From positions 1-32,912 of the forward strand of contig JBEKSC010000029.1 in NCBI GenBank assembly GCA_049517415.1: a stretch of 32,912 nucleotides of DNA, read 5' to 3'. The stretch comes from Candidatus Bathyarchaeia archaeon (lineage in GTDB: Archaea > Thermoproteota > Bathyarchaeia > 40CM-2-53-6). Below, piece by piece: positions 17,303-26,925 of this stretch; the stretch's first letter is position 1; every line of letters starts with the position of its first letter. The notes below the pieces were generated by a model. That model was given only the letters and a program-made list of their open reading frames with translations. It was not told the origin of the DNA and ran no database searches. The position numbers and the translations under genes were made by a program.

Positions 17303-17371
17303 CCGGGCTTCCGTCCCCTTCCTTTTTCAATCTCCTCTACTCTTATCTGCACCCTAACGAGGTGCAGTTGA

Positions 17372-17788
17372 ACGGCCGTCATTAACAAGCTTCTGACATT
17401 GAGGTCGTCTGAAAGAAGGCAACTCATCGATATTACGGCGGAAGTGATGGATTTTGTTGAAGGAGCTGGAGTAGAGAATGGAACGTGTATCATCAGTGTA
17501 CCCCATGCAACTGCCGCTATAGTCGCAAACGAACACGAAAGGGGCCTTATGCAGGATATGCTTGCCAAGGTCGAGGACGTATTTCCGAGATCTTGGAACT
17601 ATGGTCACAACGCCATCGATGATAACGCTGACGCCCACTTGGCTTCAGCATTTCTCGGGCATTCTCGAATGTTCCCAATCGTCAATGGCCAACTCATTAG
17701 GGGGACTTGGCAGAACGTCTTTGTGGTCGAACTCGATGGCCCGCGCACGAGACGTGAAGTATGGCTTCAAATCATAGGCGAGAGTTAA
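17372..17788 (+). CDS. yjbQ: YjbQ/UPF0047 family protein
   Basis: IDIT, HATAAIVANE.E, DNADAHL, RGTWQ.VFVVELDGPR; family-like N-terminus extends to ACG at 17372 (first standard start is TTG at 17399). Confidence 0.9.
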   Translation, partial: TAVINKLLTLRSSERRQLIDITAEVMDFVEGAGVENGTCIISVPHATAAIVANEHERGLMQDMLAKVEDVFPRSWNYGHNAIDDNADAHLASAFLGHSRMFPIVNGQLIRGTWQNVFVVELDGPRTRREVWLQIIGES

Positions 17789-17885
17789 TGGCCCATATAG
17801 GAGCCCTTGTATGTCGTACTCGGCTCAAACGAAACCCTCCCAATACACGAGGGTGAAGTTTTAGGCCTCGTAAAGCCTAATAGCG

Positions 17886-19772
17886 ATGAAAACGGAACTC
17901 ACACAGAAGGAATCAAAAGTGTCGGAAGAGAACAACCTTACTTGGGTCATCGGTGGCCCTCAAGGCAGCGGAATTAACTCTGTTGCGGAAACCTTCGCAA
18001 AGGCTTGTGCCCGAGGCGGGCTCCATGTCTTTGCCAACATCGAATACCACTCAAACATCAAAGGAGAGCACAGTTACTATCGAGTACGTGCCTCCGATAC
18101 GGAAGTTCGGTCGCACGTCGACTGGATCGACCTTCTCATAGCGCTTGACAAGGAAACTCTCTTCGGGGACTTGCACAAAGAGTACCCGTCACACAACGGG
18201 CATCGGAATGAAGTTAGCCCTGGCGGAGCAATTGTGTTCGATTCCGCTCTAAAGTTAACGCCAGAGGAAATCGGGCGCCCAGATGTCAGCTTGTACCCCG
18301 TCCCATACATGGCCGTATTGATCGAGGCTTTGAAGGAAACTGGCCACGAGCATGAGCTGAGCAAGTATCAGGTTATGACAAACACCGTGGCTTTCGGTGC
18401 GTCAATCGCTTTAATCGACTATGACTTCGATGTAGTTGCCTCGGCGATCAAAGAAGGTTTCACGGGAAGAAAGGCTGCCCTTGGAGAGCTCAACGTGACG
18501 GCAGCACGTCATGGGTATGACTATGTCAAGAAGAATTTCCAGGACGGCTTCGCGTACAAGCTCCATACGATACCGTCACAGGAGAAGCGAATGGTGATTC
18601 GAGGAGTTGCAGCTGTTGGAATTGGAAAGGTTAGGGCGGGTTGCGGTTTTCAAACTTACTATCCAATTACTCCTGCGACGGACGAAAGTGAATACTTAGA
18701 GAGTCACCAAAAGGACTTCAACATCGTTGTTGTCCAAACTGAAGATGAAATATCCGCAGTGCTCATGGCAACCGGTGCTGCGCATGCGGGCGTTCGTGCG
18801 TCAACCTCAACTTCAGGTCCAGGTTTCTCTTTGATGGCTGAGGGACTCGGTTGGGCTGGCCATACAGAGGCTCCAGGCCCAGTCATAATCCTGTGGCAGC
18901 GTACGGGCCCTTCCACTGGCCTTCCGACTAGGACTGAGCAAGGAGACCTGCAGTTCGTGTTGCACGCAGGCCACGGAGAGTTCCCTAGAATGGCAGTGGC
19001 ACCAGGTGATGTAGTTGAATGCTTCAGCGACACATTTGACGCATTCAATTACGCTGAGAGGCTTCAAATGCCGGTCATAGTGATTGCTGACAAGTTTCTC
19101 GCCTCAAGCTACCGTACCGTTCCGCTATTTGATACAAGGGACCTGAAAATTGACCGCGGCCAAATGCTTACAGAAACAGACCTGGTCGGGAAGGGTGTCT
19201 ACAAACGCTATGAGTTTACGCCACTTGGCATTTCGCCAAGAACTTTTCCAGGCACGGCTGGGGGAATATTCCACACAACCGGCGATGAGCATGACGAGTT
19301 GGGTAGCATAACGGAAAACTCAGAAAATCGTGTCAAGATGATGCAAAAACGTATGCATAAACTTCAGCTGGCTAACGAGTTAATTCCAGATGAGAAAAAA
19401 GTCAACTTTTTCGGCCCCGAGAAGGCAGACATAACGCTCGTGGGTTGGGGGTCGACGAAAGGGGCAATTCTTGACGGGATGCAGGACCTTGAGGCAGACG
19501 GGATCAGATGCAACTTCCTTCAAATCAGATACATGAGCCCGTTCCCCACGGAATTGGTGACCAAACATCTTTCGAACGCGAAGAAGACAGTGTTAATTGA
19601 GAATAATTACACGGGACAGTTGGGAGCGTTGATTAGGGAACACACAGGGATAGCAATGGATTACAAGGTTCTCAAATACAATGGCAGGCCGTTCTCGCAG
19701 AATGAAGTCTATGAAGGAGTTAAAGACGCAATTAAGAACGGCACCAAGGAGGTCGTGATGGCCCATGCTTGA
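17886..19772 (+). CDS. korA: 2-oxoacid:ferredoxin oxidoreductase alpha subunit (gamma-alpha fusion)
   Basis: [50 protein letters not shown]. Confidence 0.93.
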   Translation: MKTELTQKESKVSEENNLTWVIGGPQGSGINSVAETFAKACARGGLHVFANIEYHSNIKGEHSYYRVRASDTEVRSHVDWIDLLIALDKETLFGDLHKEYPSHNGHRNEVSPGGAIVFDSALKLTPEEIGRPDVSLYPVPYMAVLIEALKETGHEHELSKYQVMTNTVAFGASIALIDYDFDVVASAIKEGFTGRKAALGELNVTAARHGYDYVKKNFQDGFAYKLHTIPSQEKRMVIRGVAAVGIGKVRAGCGFQTYYPITPATDESEYLESHQKDFNIVVVQTEDEISAVLMATGAAHAGVRASTSTSGPGFSLMAEGLGWAGHTEAPGPVIILWQRTGPSTGLPTRTEQGDLQFVLHAGHGEFPRMAVAPGDVVECFSDTFDAFNYAERLQMPVIVIADKFLASSYRTVPLFDTRDLKIDRGQMLTETDLVGKGVYKRYEFTPLGISPRTFPGTAGGIFHTTGDEHDELGSITENSENRVKMMQKRMHKLQLANELIPDEKKVNFFGPEKADITLVGWGSTKGAILDGMQDLEADGIRCNFLQIRYMSPFPTELVTKHLSNAKKTVLIENNYTGQLGALIREHTGIAMDYKVLKYNGRPFSQNEVYEGVKDAIKNGTKEVVMAHA

Positions 19773-20694
19773 ACTCAAAGACTTCAGAACTAAGGTACAT
19801 AACGACTGGTGCCCAGGTTGCGGCGACTTCGGCATACTAAACGCGGTGCAGATGGCGCTATTCGAGCTCAAACTAGAACCGCATAATGTTGCCATAGTCT
19901 CCGGCATAGGTTGTTCCGGAAAGACACCACACTTCGTAAACACTTACGGCTTTCACACGCTTCACGGCCGGTCCTTGCCTATAGCAACTGGTATCAAACT
20001 TGCAAACACGGCCCTAACCGTGGTGGCCGTCGGCGGCGACGGCGACGGTTATGGAATTGGTGCAGGCCACTTTCTCAATACGGGCAGGCGAAACCTCGAC
20101 TTCACTTACGTCGTACATGATAACCAAGTGTACGGGTTAACCAAAGGTCAAGCCTCTCCAACCTTACCGAAAGGGCAGAGAACCAAATCCATGCCATCCC
20201 CAGCGATCATTGAGGGAATAAATCCTCTCGCGACCGCTATCAGCGCTGGCTATACTTTCGTGGCGCGCAGCTATGCGCTTGACGTCAGGCACCTGAAGGA
20301 AATTCTGAAGGCAGCTATCCTTCATAAGGGTAGTGCGCTGGTTGACGTGCTACAGACCTGCCCTACATACAACGACATAAACACGAAGGAATGGTACGCG
20401 GGCGCCGACCTAGCCACTAAGGCACCGAGGTTGTACAAGTTAGAGGAAGACGGCTACGATGGAAACGTCAAAGACCCGAACGACGCGAACGAAGTAAACC
20501 AGATGAAAGGTCGAGCAATAAGCCGATCCTTCGAGTGGGGCGAGAAAGTACCAATCGGGGTGTTCTACAGAATACAGGAACCAACTTACGAGGATATGAT
20601 CGCCCACAGGATGCCGTCGTACAAAGAGGTCCCACTCATCAAGCAGGACCTGTACAACCGAGATACCACTTCATTGTTCGAAGCCTTAGTTTAG
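19765..20694 (+). CDS. korB: 2-oxoacid:ferredoxin oxidoreductase beta subunit
   Basis: [26 protein letters not shown] motif, [11 protein letters not shown]. Confidence 0.94.
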   Translation: MLELKDFRTKVHNDWCPGCGDFGILNAVQMALFELKLEPHNVAIVSGIGCSGKTPHFVNTYGFHTLHGRSLPIATGIKLANTALTVVAVGGDGDGYGIGAGHFLNTGRRNLDFTYVVHDNQVYGLTKGQASPTLPKGQRTKSMPSPAIIEGINPLATAISAGYTFVARSYALDVRHLKEILKAAILHKGSALVDVLQTCPTYNDINTKEWYAGADLATKAPRLYKLEEDGYDGNVKDPNDANEVNQMKGRAISRSFEWGEKVPIGVFYRIQEPTYEDMIAHRMPSYKEVPLIKQDLYNRDTTSLFEALV

Positions 20695-20701
20695 GGCAGC
20701 C

Positions 20702-22123
20702 CTACCTTTTCTTTTCTTTTCCGTGGACCCCGGGCGTCGTCATCGCGAAGGGGTCCAATATTTCATCGAGTTGATGAGCTGAAAGTAAGCCCCTTTCCAA
20801 GACCACCTCGCGCAGTGGGACCCCACGCGTCAATGCTTCCTTTGCAACTTCAGCTGCTCTCTCGTACCCAATGAACGGGTTGAGGACTAATGCGACCCCC
20901 GCGCTTTTTTCAAGCAAAGCTGTACACCTTTCCTCATTCGCTTTAATCCCCTTCACGAGCCGCTCATTGAATACTCGTACAGCATTCGTTAGGATCATGA
21001 GTGACTGTGTTAGGTCATATGCGATTACCGGCATCATCACGTCCAGTTCTAGCTGGCTCGCTTGGGCGGCCATCATAACTGTTACGTCATTCCCAATGAC
21101 CTCGAAGCAAACCATGTTTAGCATTTCAGCAATACTCGGGTTAACCTTACCTGGCATTATCGAGGATCCAGGCTGTACAGCAGGTAGGACAATTTCTCCG
21201 ATCCCGGTGGCTGGCCCAGAACTCATCAGGCGCAGATCATTAGCGACTTTCGTCAGATCCACGCTCAATGTCCGGAGCGCAGCCGAGAATGTTACGAAAT
21301 CGGCCATAGATTGCATCAACGCCGCATAGTTGCGTGCAACACGAAACTTGAAACCCGTGTATTTGGATAAGTTCTCCACCGCAAGTTTCACGTATCTCGG
21401 GTCTGCGTTCAAGCCGGTACCAACAGCCGTCCCCCCCAAGTTGAGTTCCAGCAACTTGTCCCCGGCACGTTCAACGGTTCGGAGGTCATCTTCCACAATT
21501 TGCGCCCAAGCTGCAAACTCTTGGCCTAAGCGAATCGCACCTGCGTCCTGCAAATGAGTACGGCCGGATTTCACTATGTGATCGAATTCCTCCGCCTTCT
21601 CATCAAAGCCCTGCTTCAAGGAAACAAGGGCTTCAATGAGTAGCTTAGCCATCAATACGCTCGCTACGCGAATGAAAGTCGGATACGTGTCGTTAGTGGA
21701 TTGACCCATGTTAACGTGGTCGTGGGGGCTCACGAGCTTGTAGTCGCCCTTCCGCCCGCCAAGTATTTCGATGGCTCGGTTCGCCAGGACTTCGTTAGCG
21801 TTCATGTTGTGGGAAGTCCCTGCACCAGCCTGAAAAACATCTACGACAAAGTGGTCTCGAAGAGCACCGTTAAGGATTTCATCAGCTGCGGAAACAATCG
21901 CGTGCCCAACTTTCCTATCCAACAAGCCTAAGGACAGATTCGCATCCGCTGCAGCTTTCTTGACTAGAACCGTTGCCTTGACGAAATCTGGCAGCGGTCT
22001 TATTCCACTGATTGGGAAGTTCTCCACGGCCCTTGCAGTCTCTGGGCCGTAGTAAGCTTGCAACGGCACGCGGACAGACCCAAGCGAGTCTTTCTCGAGC
22101 CTCGCATCATCATTTCTCGACAT
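20702..22123 (-). CDS. Aspartate ammonia-lyase / class II fumarate hydratase
   Basis: GAGTSHNMNANEV, QSTND, GRTHLQDA, GSSIMPGKVNP signature; motifs alone do not cleanly separate AspA from FumC. Confidence 0.9.
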   Translation of the reverse strand: MSRNDDARLEKDSLGSVRVPLQAYYGPETARAVENFPISGIRPLPDFVKATVLVKKAAADANLSLGLLDRKVGHAIVSAADEILNGALRDHFVVDVFQAGAGTSHNMNANEVLANRAIEILGGRKGDYKLVSPHDHVNMGQSTNDTYPTFIRVASVLMAKLLIEALVSLKQGFDEKAEEFDHIVKSGRTHLQDAGAIRLGQEFAAWAQIVEDDLRTVERAGDKLLELNLGGTAVGTGLNADPRYVKLAVENLSKYTGFKFRVARNYAALMQSMADFVTFSAALRTLSVDLTKVANDLRLMSSGPATGIGEIVLPAVQPGSSIMPGKVNPSIAEMLNMVCFEVIGNDVTVMMAAQASQLELDVMMPVIAYDLTQSLMILTNAVRVFNERLVKGIKANEERCTALLEKSAGVALVLNPFIGYERAAEVAKEALTRGVPLREVVLERGLLSAHQLDEILDPFAMTTPGVHGKEKKR

Positions 22124-22265
22124 GAGACGGACGCCAAGCGGATTCTAACGACGCGGCAATAAAGGCCTTAGGCCCAACATTTGGAATACAGCAAACCAAC
22201 CATTCAGAGTCGGTCCAGAAGGCTTGACATATACGAATACTGGTCCAACCGGTAGCTGCGCGAGG

Positions 22266-22447
22266 TACTCAAGGCAACGCATCGCAAACACTAGCAAACA
22301 CTAAATATGCTTAGGCAGCACACCGCCTTTCTCGTCGAGGCAATCGTACACTTGGAAAGTTCCGGTGTTTTCCTTCCAGAAGCTTAAACGAACTCATTCA
22401 CTAGTGGGTATGCGGAATAATTATCGGGAGCGATTGTGCCTTGAGTA
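22266..22447. mobile_element. Possible MITE-like element (182 bp) or structured RNA
   Basis: Perfect 11-bp terminal inverted repeat TACTCAAGGCA/TGCCTTGAGTA with a further ATCGC/GCGAT match inside; AGG on both flanks; internal GCAAACACTA x2. Confidence 0.35.
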
Positions 22448-22780
22448 AGGAAATTGGCATTAATAGTTAGTTTTATATGTCAATAATTTCCGGTCGCAAA
22501 ACTAAGGTCCTTTCTCTTTCCGTCTGGTGTGGAAGATCTCTTTCCGAGGAAACAGGTAGGTTCCAGTCGCCGAGTCAAGTTCTTGATCCAGATCTCGCGG
22601 GATTCTCCAGTGGCCTTGCGTGAACTTCGTCGTCCTGGCTCACTCTACCAGAAATCGCGTACGACATGCAAAATGTTAAGCTCTCACGAGCGGATACTTC
22701 TGACTAGGAGACTGAAAACAAAACGAAACGACATTGGAGATGATTAAATCATAACTCAACGACGAACCGTTATACTACTC

Positions 22781-23368
22781 GTGGGGGTATTCCTCGTCGG
22801 ACTGATCGTTGGCTTGTTCATCGGCGCATCGCCAGCGTCAACTCCAAGGACGTCAAGCGAGCCGAATACCGTGACAAGTCTTGTCACGACGACAATGCAA
22901 CTCACAGCCACCACAATCACAAACCTCCAATCACCGGATATCCTAGGCGCGTGCTTCTCACCTGGCGGCAACTGCGCTGACCTAGTCGTCTACTGGATTG
23001 GGCGAGCGAACAGCAGCATCCACATCATGATCTACAGCTTCACCCTGGAGAACGTAGGCGACGCGCTCATCCAAGCCAAACAACGCGGCGTAGACGTGAA
23101 AATTGCATGGGACGAAAGCGAGATGAATGTGCGAGGAAGTGAATACCAGAAATTGCAGAACGCGGGTATACCCATCCATATAGACGAGCGGCCCGGACTC
23201 CTCCACGATAAGTACGCCGTCATCGACAGCCACATCATACTAACGGGCAGCTTCAATTGGAGCAACGCCGCAAATCAGACTAACCGGGAAAACCTGATCG
23301 TCCTAGACAGCCAGGAATGGGGTTCAGCCTATGAACAGAACTTCCAACAGAACTGGCAGGCAACCTAG
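22781..23368 (+). CDS. Membrane-anchored/secreted phospholipase D family (Nuc-like) protein
   Basis: N-terminal hydrophobic helix, Ser/Thr-rich linker, FSPGG, IYSFT, single HKD motif HDKYAVID..IILTGSFNWS, NREN. Confidence 0.9.
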   Translation: MGVFLVGLIVGLFIGASPASTPRTSSEPNTVTSLVTTTMQLTATTITNLQSPDILGACFSPGGNCADLVVYWIGRANSSIHIMIYSFTLENVGDALIQAKQRGVDVKIAWDESEMNVRGSEYQKLQNAGIPIHIDERPGLLHDKYAVIDSHIILTGSFNWSNAANQTNRENLIVLDSQEWGSAYEQNFQQNWQAT

Positions 23369-23406
23369 AAACTTGCATAAATGCCCTCATTAATGTATAT
23401 TGACAA

Positions 23407-24495
23407 GTGATAAACCGTCAGCCCACTCTTGTTCCAAGGGTCTTTCAGTTGTCGCAGACGAAGACTAAGTATTGTCAAAGTTGCGGAACCCGCATACCCA
23501 TAGCGGCTCAGATTTGCCCAAGTTGCAACCAGTGGACTGTTCCTCCTACTGAAGTATCAGTCGCCAGCGAACAAGTAGTCTCCAGTTCTTGGATTCAGAA
23601 GATGGGGCAAGAAGGACTATTAGCGTTGCTTGGGTACTTCCTCATGGCTATTAGTGCGTTCCTTCCTTGGGCGACCGTCTCAACAGTATTTGGGCAAATC
23701 CAAATGACTGGGCTGCAAGTCGCACAAGGAGTTCCTGGCATTATTCTCCTCGCAGTTGGCCTGTTTGGTGGATTGACAACACTAGTTCCGAAGAAGACTT
23801 CATGGACAGGATTCTCGGATCTCGCAATAGGAATTATCGTGCTGTGGGAAACAGGAGACGACATGAGCAACATTGCAAGGATCGCCGAAGAGGCTACCAC
23901 ATCGTATGTGAGGGCCGATCTCGGTTCAGGAGGTTATCTCGCGATGGTTGCAGGTTCTCTAGTGATCGTTGCAGGACTCGTTACGCTGGTCAAGGTGAGG
24001 TCAGCTAGACAAACGGTCAGAGCTATCAGCGCTCATGCCAAGCCAAGGACTGGCTTGAGAGGCCCGTTCCTGCTCAATGAACAGACTGTAAATGAAGAAG
24101 TTGGGTATGGCTCACCTGGTGTGTATGCTCTTGGCCGCAAGCGAGACAAGACTTTCTACCCTAGATACTTTGGCCGTTCTGATTCAGATGTCAATGCTGA
24201 ACTAAAGAAGCATTTCGGAAAGTATGATGCGTTCAAATTCGAATACTTCGATTCTCCAGAGGCTGCTTTCACTAAGGAATGCGAATTGTACCATGATTTT
24301 CGTGGGCCTGAAAGTAGACTTGATAACAAAACCCATCCTGACAGGTCGCAAGGCGCGACGTGGCAATGCCCCAAGTGTAACGCGTTTGTTTCGGTGGGCG
24401 CTGCCCAAACCAAAAACCAATTCTGCTTGAACTGCGGTTCTAGAATCCCCATCGACTCAAAGTTTTGTCCTAGTTGTGGCACACAACCCACCTAA
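23407..24495 (+). CDS. Zinc ribbon - 4TM - GIY-YIG-like - zinc ribbon membrane protein
   Basis: N-terminal CQSC..CPSC; four hydrophobic segments; SPGVYALG...RYFGRSD...KECELYHDF...LDNKTHP...WQCPKC; C-terminal FCLNCG..FCPSCG. Confidence 0.75.
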   Translation: MINRQPTLVPRVFQLSQTKTKYCQSCGTRIPIAAQICPSCNQWTVPPTEVSVASEQVVSSSWIQKMGQEGLLALLGYFLMAISAFLPWATVSTVFGQIQMTGLQVAQGVPGIILLAVGLFGGLTTLVPKKTSWTGFSDLAIGIIVLWETGDDMSNIARIAEEATTSYVRADLGSGGYLAMVAGSLVIVAGLVTLVKVRSARQTVRAISAHAKPRTGLRGPFLLNEQTVNEEVGYGSPGVYALGRKRDKTFYPRYFGRSDSDVNAELKKHFGKYDAFKFEYFDSPEAAFTKECELYHDFRGPESRLDNKTHPDRSQGATWQCPKCNAFVSVGAAQTKNQFCLNCGSRIPIDSKFCPSCGTQPT

Positions 24496-24648
24496 TCAGA
24501 ATGCCCTAGTCAACCCATGCTTACTTCACTTACTTCACTGGCAACCCCAACTTTTGATCCGACCAAAGAATTTCTTGCGAGTCATGAAATGCGAAATTAG
24601 ATATCGTAGCTCAGTGTTTTTGATTTTACGCGACCTGCCGCGTACATA

Positions 24649-25473
24649 GTGACAATGCTTCTGCTAGCGTCGATGTTAGCGGGATTCTCGTCCGCCACGT
24701 CAAGTTACCCTACCCAGGTTGTCACTTCATATTCATATTCGACAGTTCCGATTTCCACAGTTACGTCGACATCAACCGGGCAGCAGAACTTACTCACCGA
24801 CACAATTGCGCTTCAACCGGCTGGATTTCATTATTGCGGTGAATATGACGTGGAAGACTTCACTGCTTCGGCCGGAAGCATATCCGGTACGGTCACTTCC
24901 GACCATCCAATCGATGTCTATTTGGTTTCCAACGCTGTTCTCACTGAATGGATTAAGGCGGCATCGTGTGACGGTCCTAGCCAAGTCCTGTATGCTCGAA
25001 CGCAGACAACCAATTACAACTTCACTGCTAACCTTCCAAGTTCCGGAGAGTACGAAATTCTCTTCCTTAATCACTCTCACGATTTCACAGCGAACATTGT
25101 CATTACCGTGAACTCTGCAGAAACAGAGGTAACCTGGACAGCGACGAGTTACAGCATGTTGCAACAAACCTTCTTTTCTACGGAGAGCATGTCTTTGCAA
25201 GAAGAATTGCAGACAAGTTCCTCGTCTGGTTTTGGTAACTCATTGTTGATGTTTGGTGTCATTGCAGCCATAGCAATAGCGCTTGTAGCAATAGTTCTAA
25301 TGAGGCGAGGTAAAGCTGGGAAAGAGACCCCCCGAACTAAAGTCGGAGAGCCTGAGACTACCGCCGCTAAAGTCCAGGAGCGTGAGGGTTCCATGTTTTG
25401 TAGAAAGTGTGGCGCTAAGATACCGCGTGACAGCACGTTCTGCAAGGAATGCGGAGAAAAAACGAAGGCTTAG
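24649..25473 (+). CDS. Type I membrane protein: signal peptide, Ser/Thr stalks, beta-sandwich (PPC/GOLD-like) domain, TM, zinc ribbon
   Basis: PIDVYLV...PSSGEYEILFLN beta-sandwich pattern; TM followed by RRGK; FCRKCGAKIPRDSTFCKECG. Confidence 0.78.
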   Translation: MTMLLLASMLAGFSSATSSYPTQVVTSYSYSTVPISTVTSTSTGQQNLLTDTIALQPAGFHYCGEYDVEDFTASAGSISGTVTSDHPIDVYLVSNAVLTEWIKAASCDGPSQVLYARTQTTNYNFTANLPSSGEYEILFLNHSHDFTANIVITVNSAETEVTWTATSYSMLQQTFFSTESMSLQEELQTSSSSGFGNSLLMFGVIAAIAIALVAIVLMRRGKAGKETPRTKVGEPETTAAKVQEREGSMFCRKCGAKIPRDSTFCKECGEKTKA

Positions 25474-25479
25474 CAAACT

Positions 25480-26916
25480 GTGAGACTGCATGCTTCAGTA
25501 GCGATAGCATGCCTGGTGATACTGATCCTAGTAGGCAGCGGTCCACCTAACTCACATGCTGTCACGCACAATTCCGTTGGTCGATACAACTCCGTTGGAG
25601 TCGTTAACGGACTATACTGGTTTCAGGTAGGAGTTTCGGGTGAAAGTGACTTTGGTTATGGAGACCAGTTTGGCATTCCAATTACCGGTGCCAGCGTTGA
25701 CATTAGAATACTGAGCCCCCAACCGACCCTCCATTACGATTCTGAACTGTCATACTGGGTCGGCATCAACCTTCCTAACGACGCTTTCATTCAGGTTGGG
25801 TATGAGGTTGATCCGCAAGTCAACGCTGCGAGGACCAGCTGGTTCTGGGAGTACTTTCTCCCCGGAACTGCAGCTGAAGCGACCGGCGGTTTTCTTGGAA
25901 AAACTGGTGACGTTATAGGGCCGAATGGAACCTGGGTCACGTTTTCGTTGACCTCCAGCGGCACAGTATGGTCTGCCTTTGTGAATCAAGAGGAGGTGGG
26001 ATCAATTGACCTCAAAGTATCGAATTCCGGCACAAATGGTCCATACGCCATCGCAGAAGTCGCCAAGGTTCGCGAAGCAGGCAATGTTCTCGGACCGGTC
26101 GAGTTCAGAAATTTACAGTATCGTGACACATCATCTGAATGGCACACGGCCAACACCGGTGTCTCGAATTGCTGCTACGGTGTGACAAGTGACACGTTTG
26201 AGGGATCATATCCGTATGGTGTTGAAGGTATCCCAGGGGAGAATAATCATTGGCTAGCGGGCAGTGGCTTGCCCACACGTGCGGATGGAGAATACATTTG
26301 GCCTTGGTACCACGTCTCTGTGTTATCCCCTTACGGAGCGGTAGCAGGAAGCGGATTCTATGTCTTGGGTAGTTCTGTTCGTCTAGCAGTTGCAAACGTG
26401 AACTTGTCGAGTAACACTCGCATGAGCTTGGCCGGTTGTTATGTGAATGGAGTCCTCTCGAAAGATTTGTACTTCACCGTGACCTCGGACCTCAATTTGA
26501 CCGCGTCATACGAAGAGCAGTTCTTGGTTACTGTAACCTCAGAATATGGCCGAACAGTTGGGTCTGGATGGTACGACAAAGGAAGTGAAGTTACGATCTC
26601 CGTTTCTCCTGCATTCAGCACAGAAGGAATGCTGGGCGCTATCGGGTTTGATTCGATTATGATTGGATGGATCGGTAGCTACAGCGGGTTCTCCCCGGGG
26701 AACCGGCTTTCTTTTGCTGTCAATTCTCCCGTTATGTTAGATGCAGTTTGGTTCGATTCGAGCTTGGCTATACCTATAGGCGTCGTCTGTTGCGTGATTA
26801 TCATAATTGGATTGAAGAGACGCGTGAGAGCTAATACGTCCATGTTCTGCTTACATTGTGGCAGGAGGGTTCCCCGAGATAGTGTCTTCTGCCCAGAGTG
26901 TGGCAAGGAACTCTAG
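25480..26916 (+). CDS. Type I membrane protein with G1 glutamic-peptidase-like ectodomain, two beta repeats, TM and zinc ribbon
   Basis: Signal peptide; SYWVGI...FIQVGY...WFWEY and AIAEV; repeats YHVSVLSPYGAVAGSGFY / FLVTVTSEYGRTVGSGWY; FCLHCGRRVPRDSVFCPECG. Confidence 0.72.
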   Translation: MRLHASVAIACLVILILVGSGPPNSHAVTHNSVGRYNSVGVVNGLYWFQVGVSGESDFGYGDQFGIPITGASVDIRILSPQPTLHYDSELSYWVGINLPNDAFIQVGYEVDPQVNAARTSWFWEYFLPGTAAEATGGFLGKTGDVIGPNGTWVTFSLTSSGTVWSAFVNQEEVGSIDLKVSNSGTNGPYAIAEVAKVREAGNVLGPVEFRNLQYRDTSSEWHTANTGVSNCCYGVTSDTFEGSYPYGVEGIPGENNHWLAGSGLPTRADGEYIWPWYHVSVLSPYGAVAGSGFYVLGSSVRLAVANVNLSSNTRMSLAGCYVNGVLSKDLYFTVTSDLNLTASYEEQFLVTVTSEYGRTVGSGWYDKGSEVTISVSPAFSTEGMLGAIGFDSIMIGWIGSYSGFSPGNRLSFAVNSPVMLDAVWFDSSLAIPIGVVCCVIIIIGLKRRVRANTSMFCLHCGRRVPRDSVFCPECGKEL

Positions 26917-26925
26917 CGCGGCCGA

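Noticed and set aside
7481..22123. TCA-cycle gene cluster (IDH-like, OFOR, fumarase-like)
   Set aside because: Genes are dispersed or convergent, and substrate specificities cannot be assigned from motifs
22350..22390. RNase P RNA-like words (GGAAAGTTCC, CAGAAGCTTA)
   Set aside because: Far too close together and lacking the GC-rich helices of RNase P RNA
24520..24539. Tandem CTTACTTCA x2
   Set aside because: Short two-copy duplication, compatible with slippage or chance
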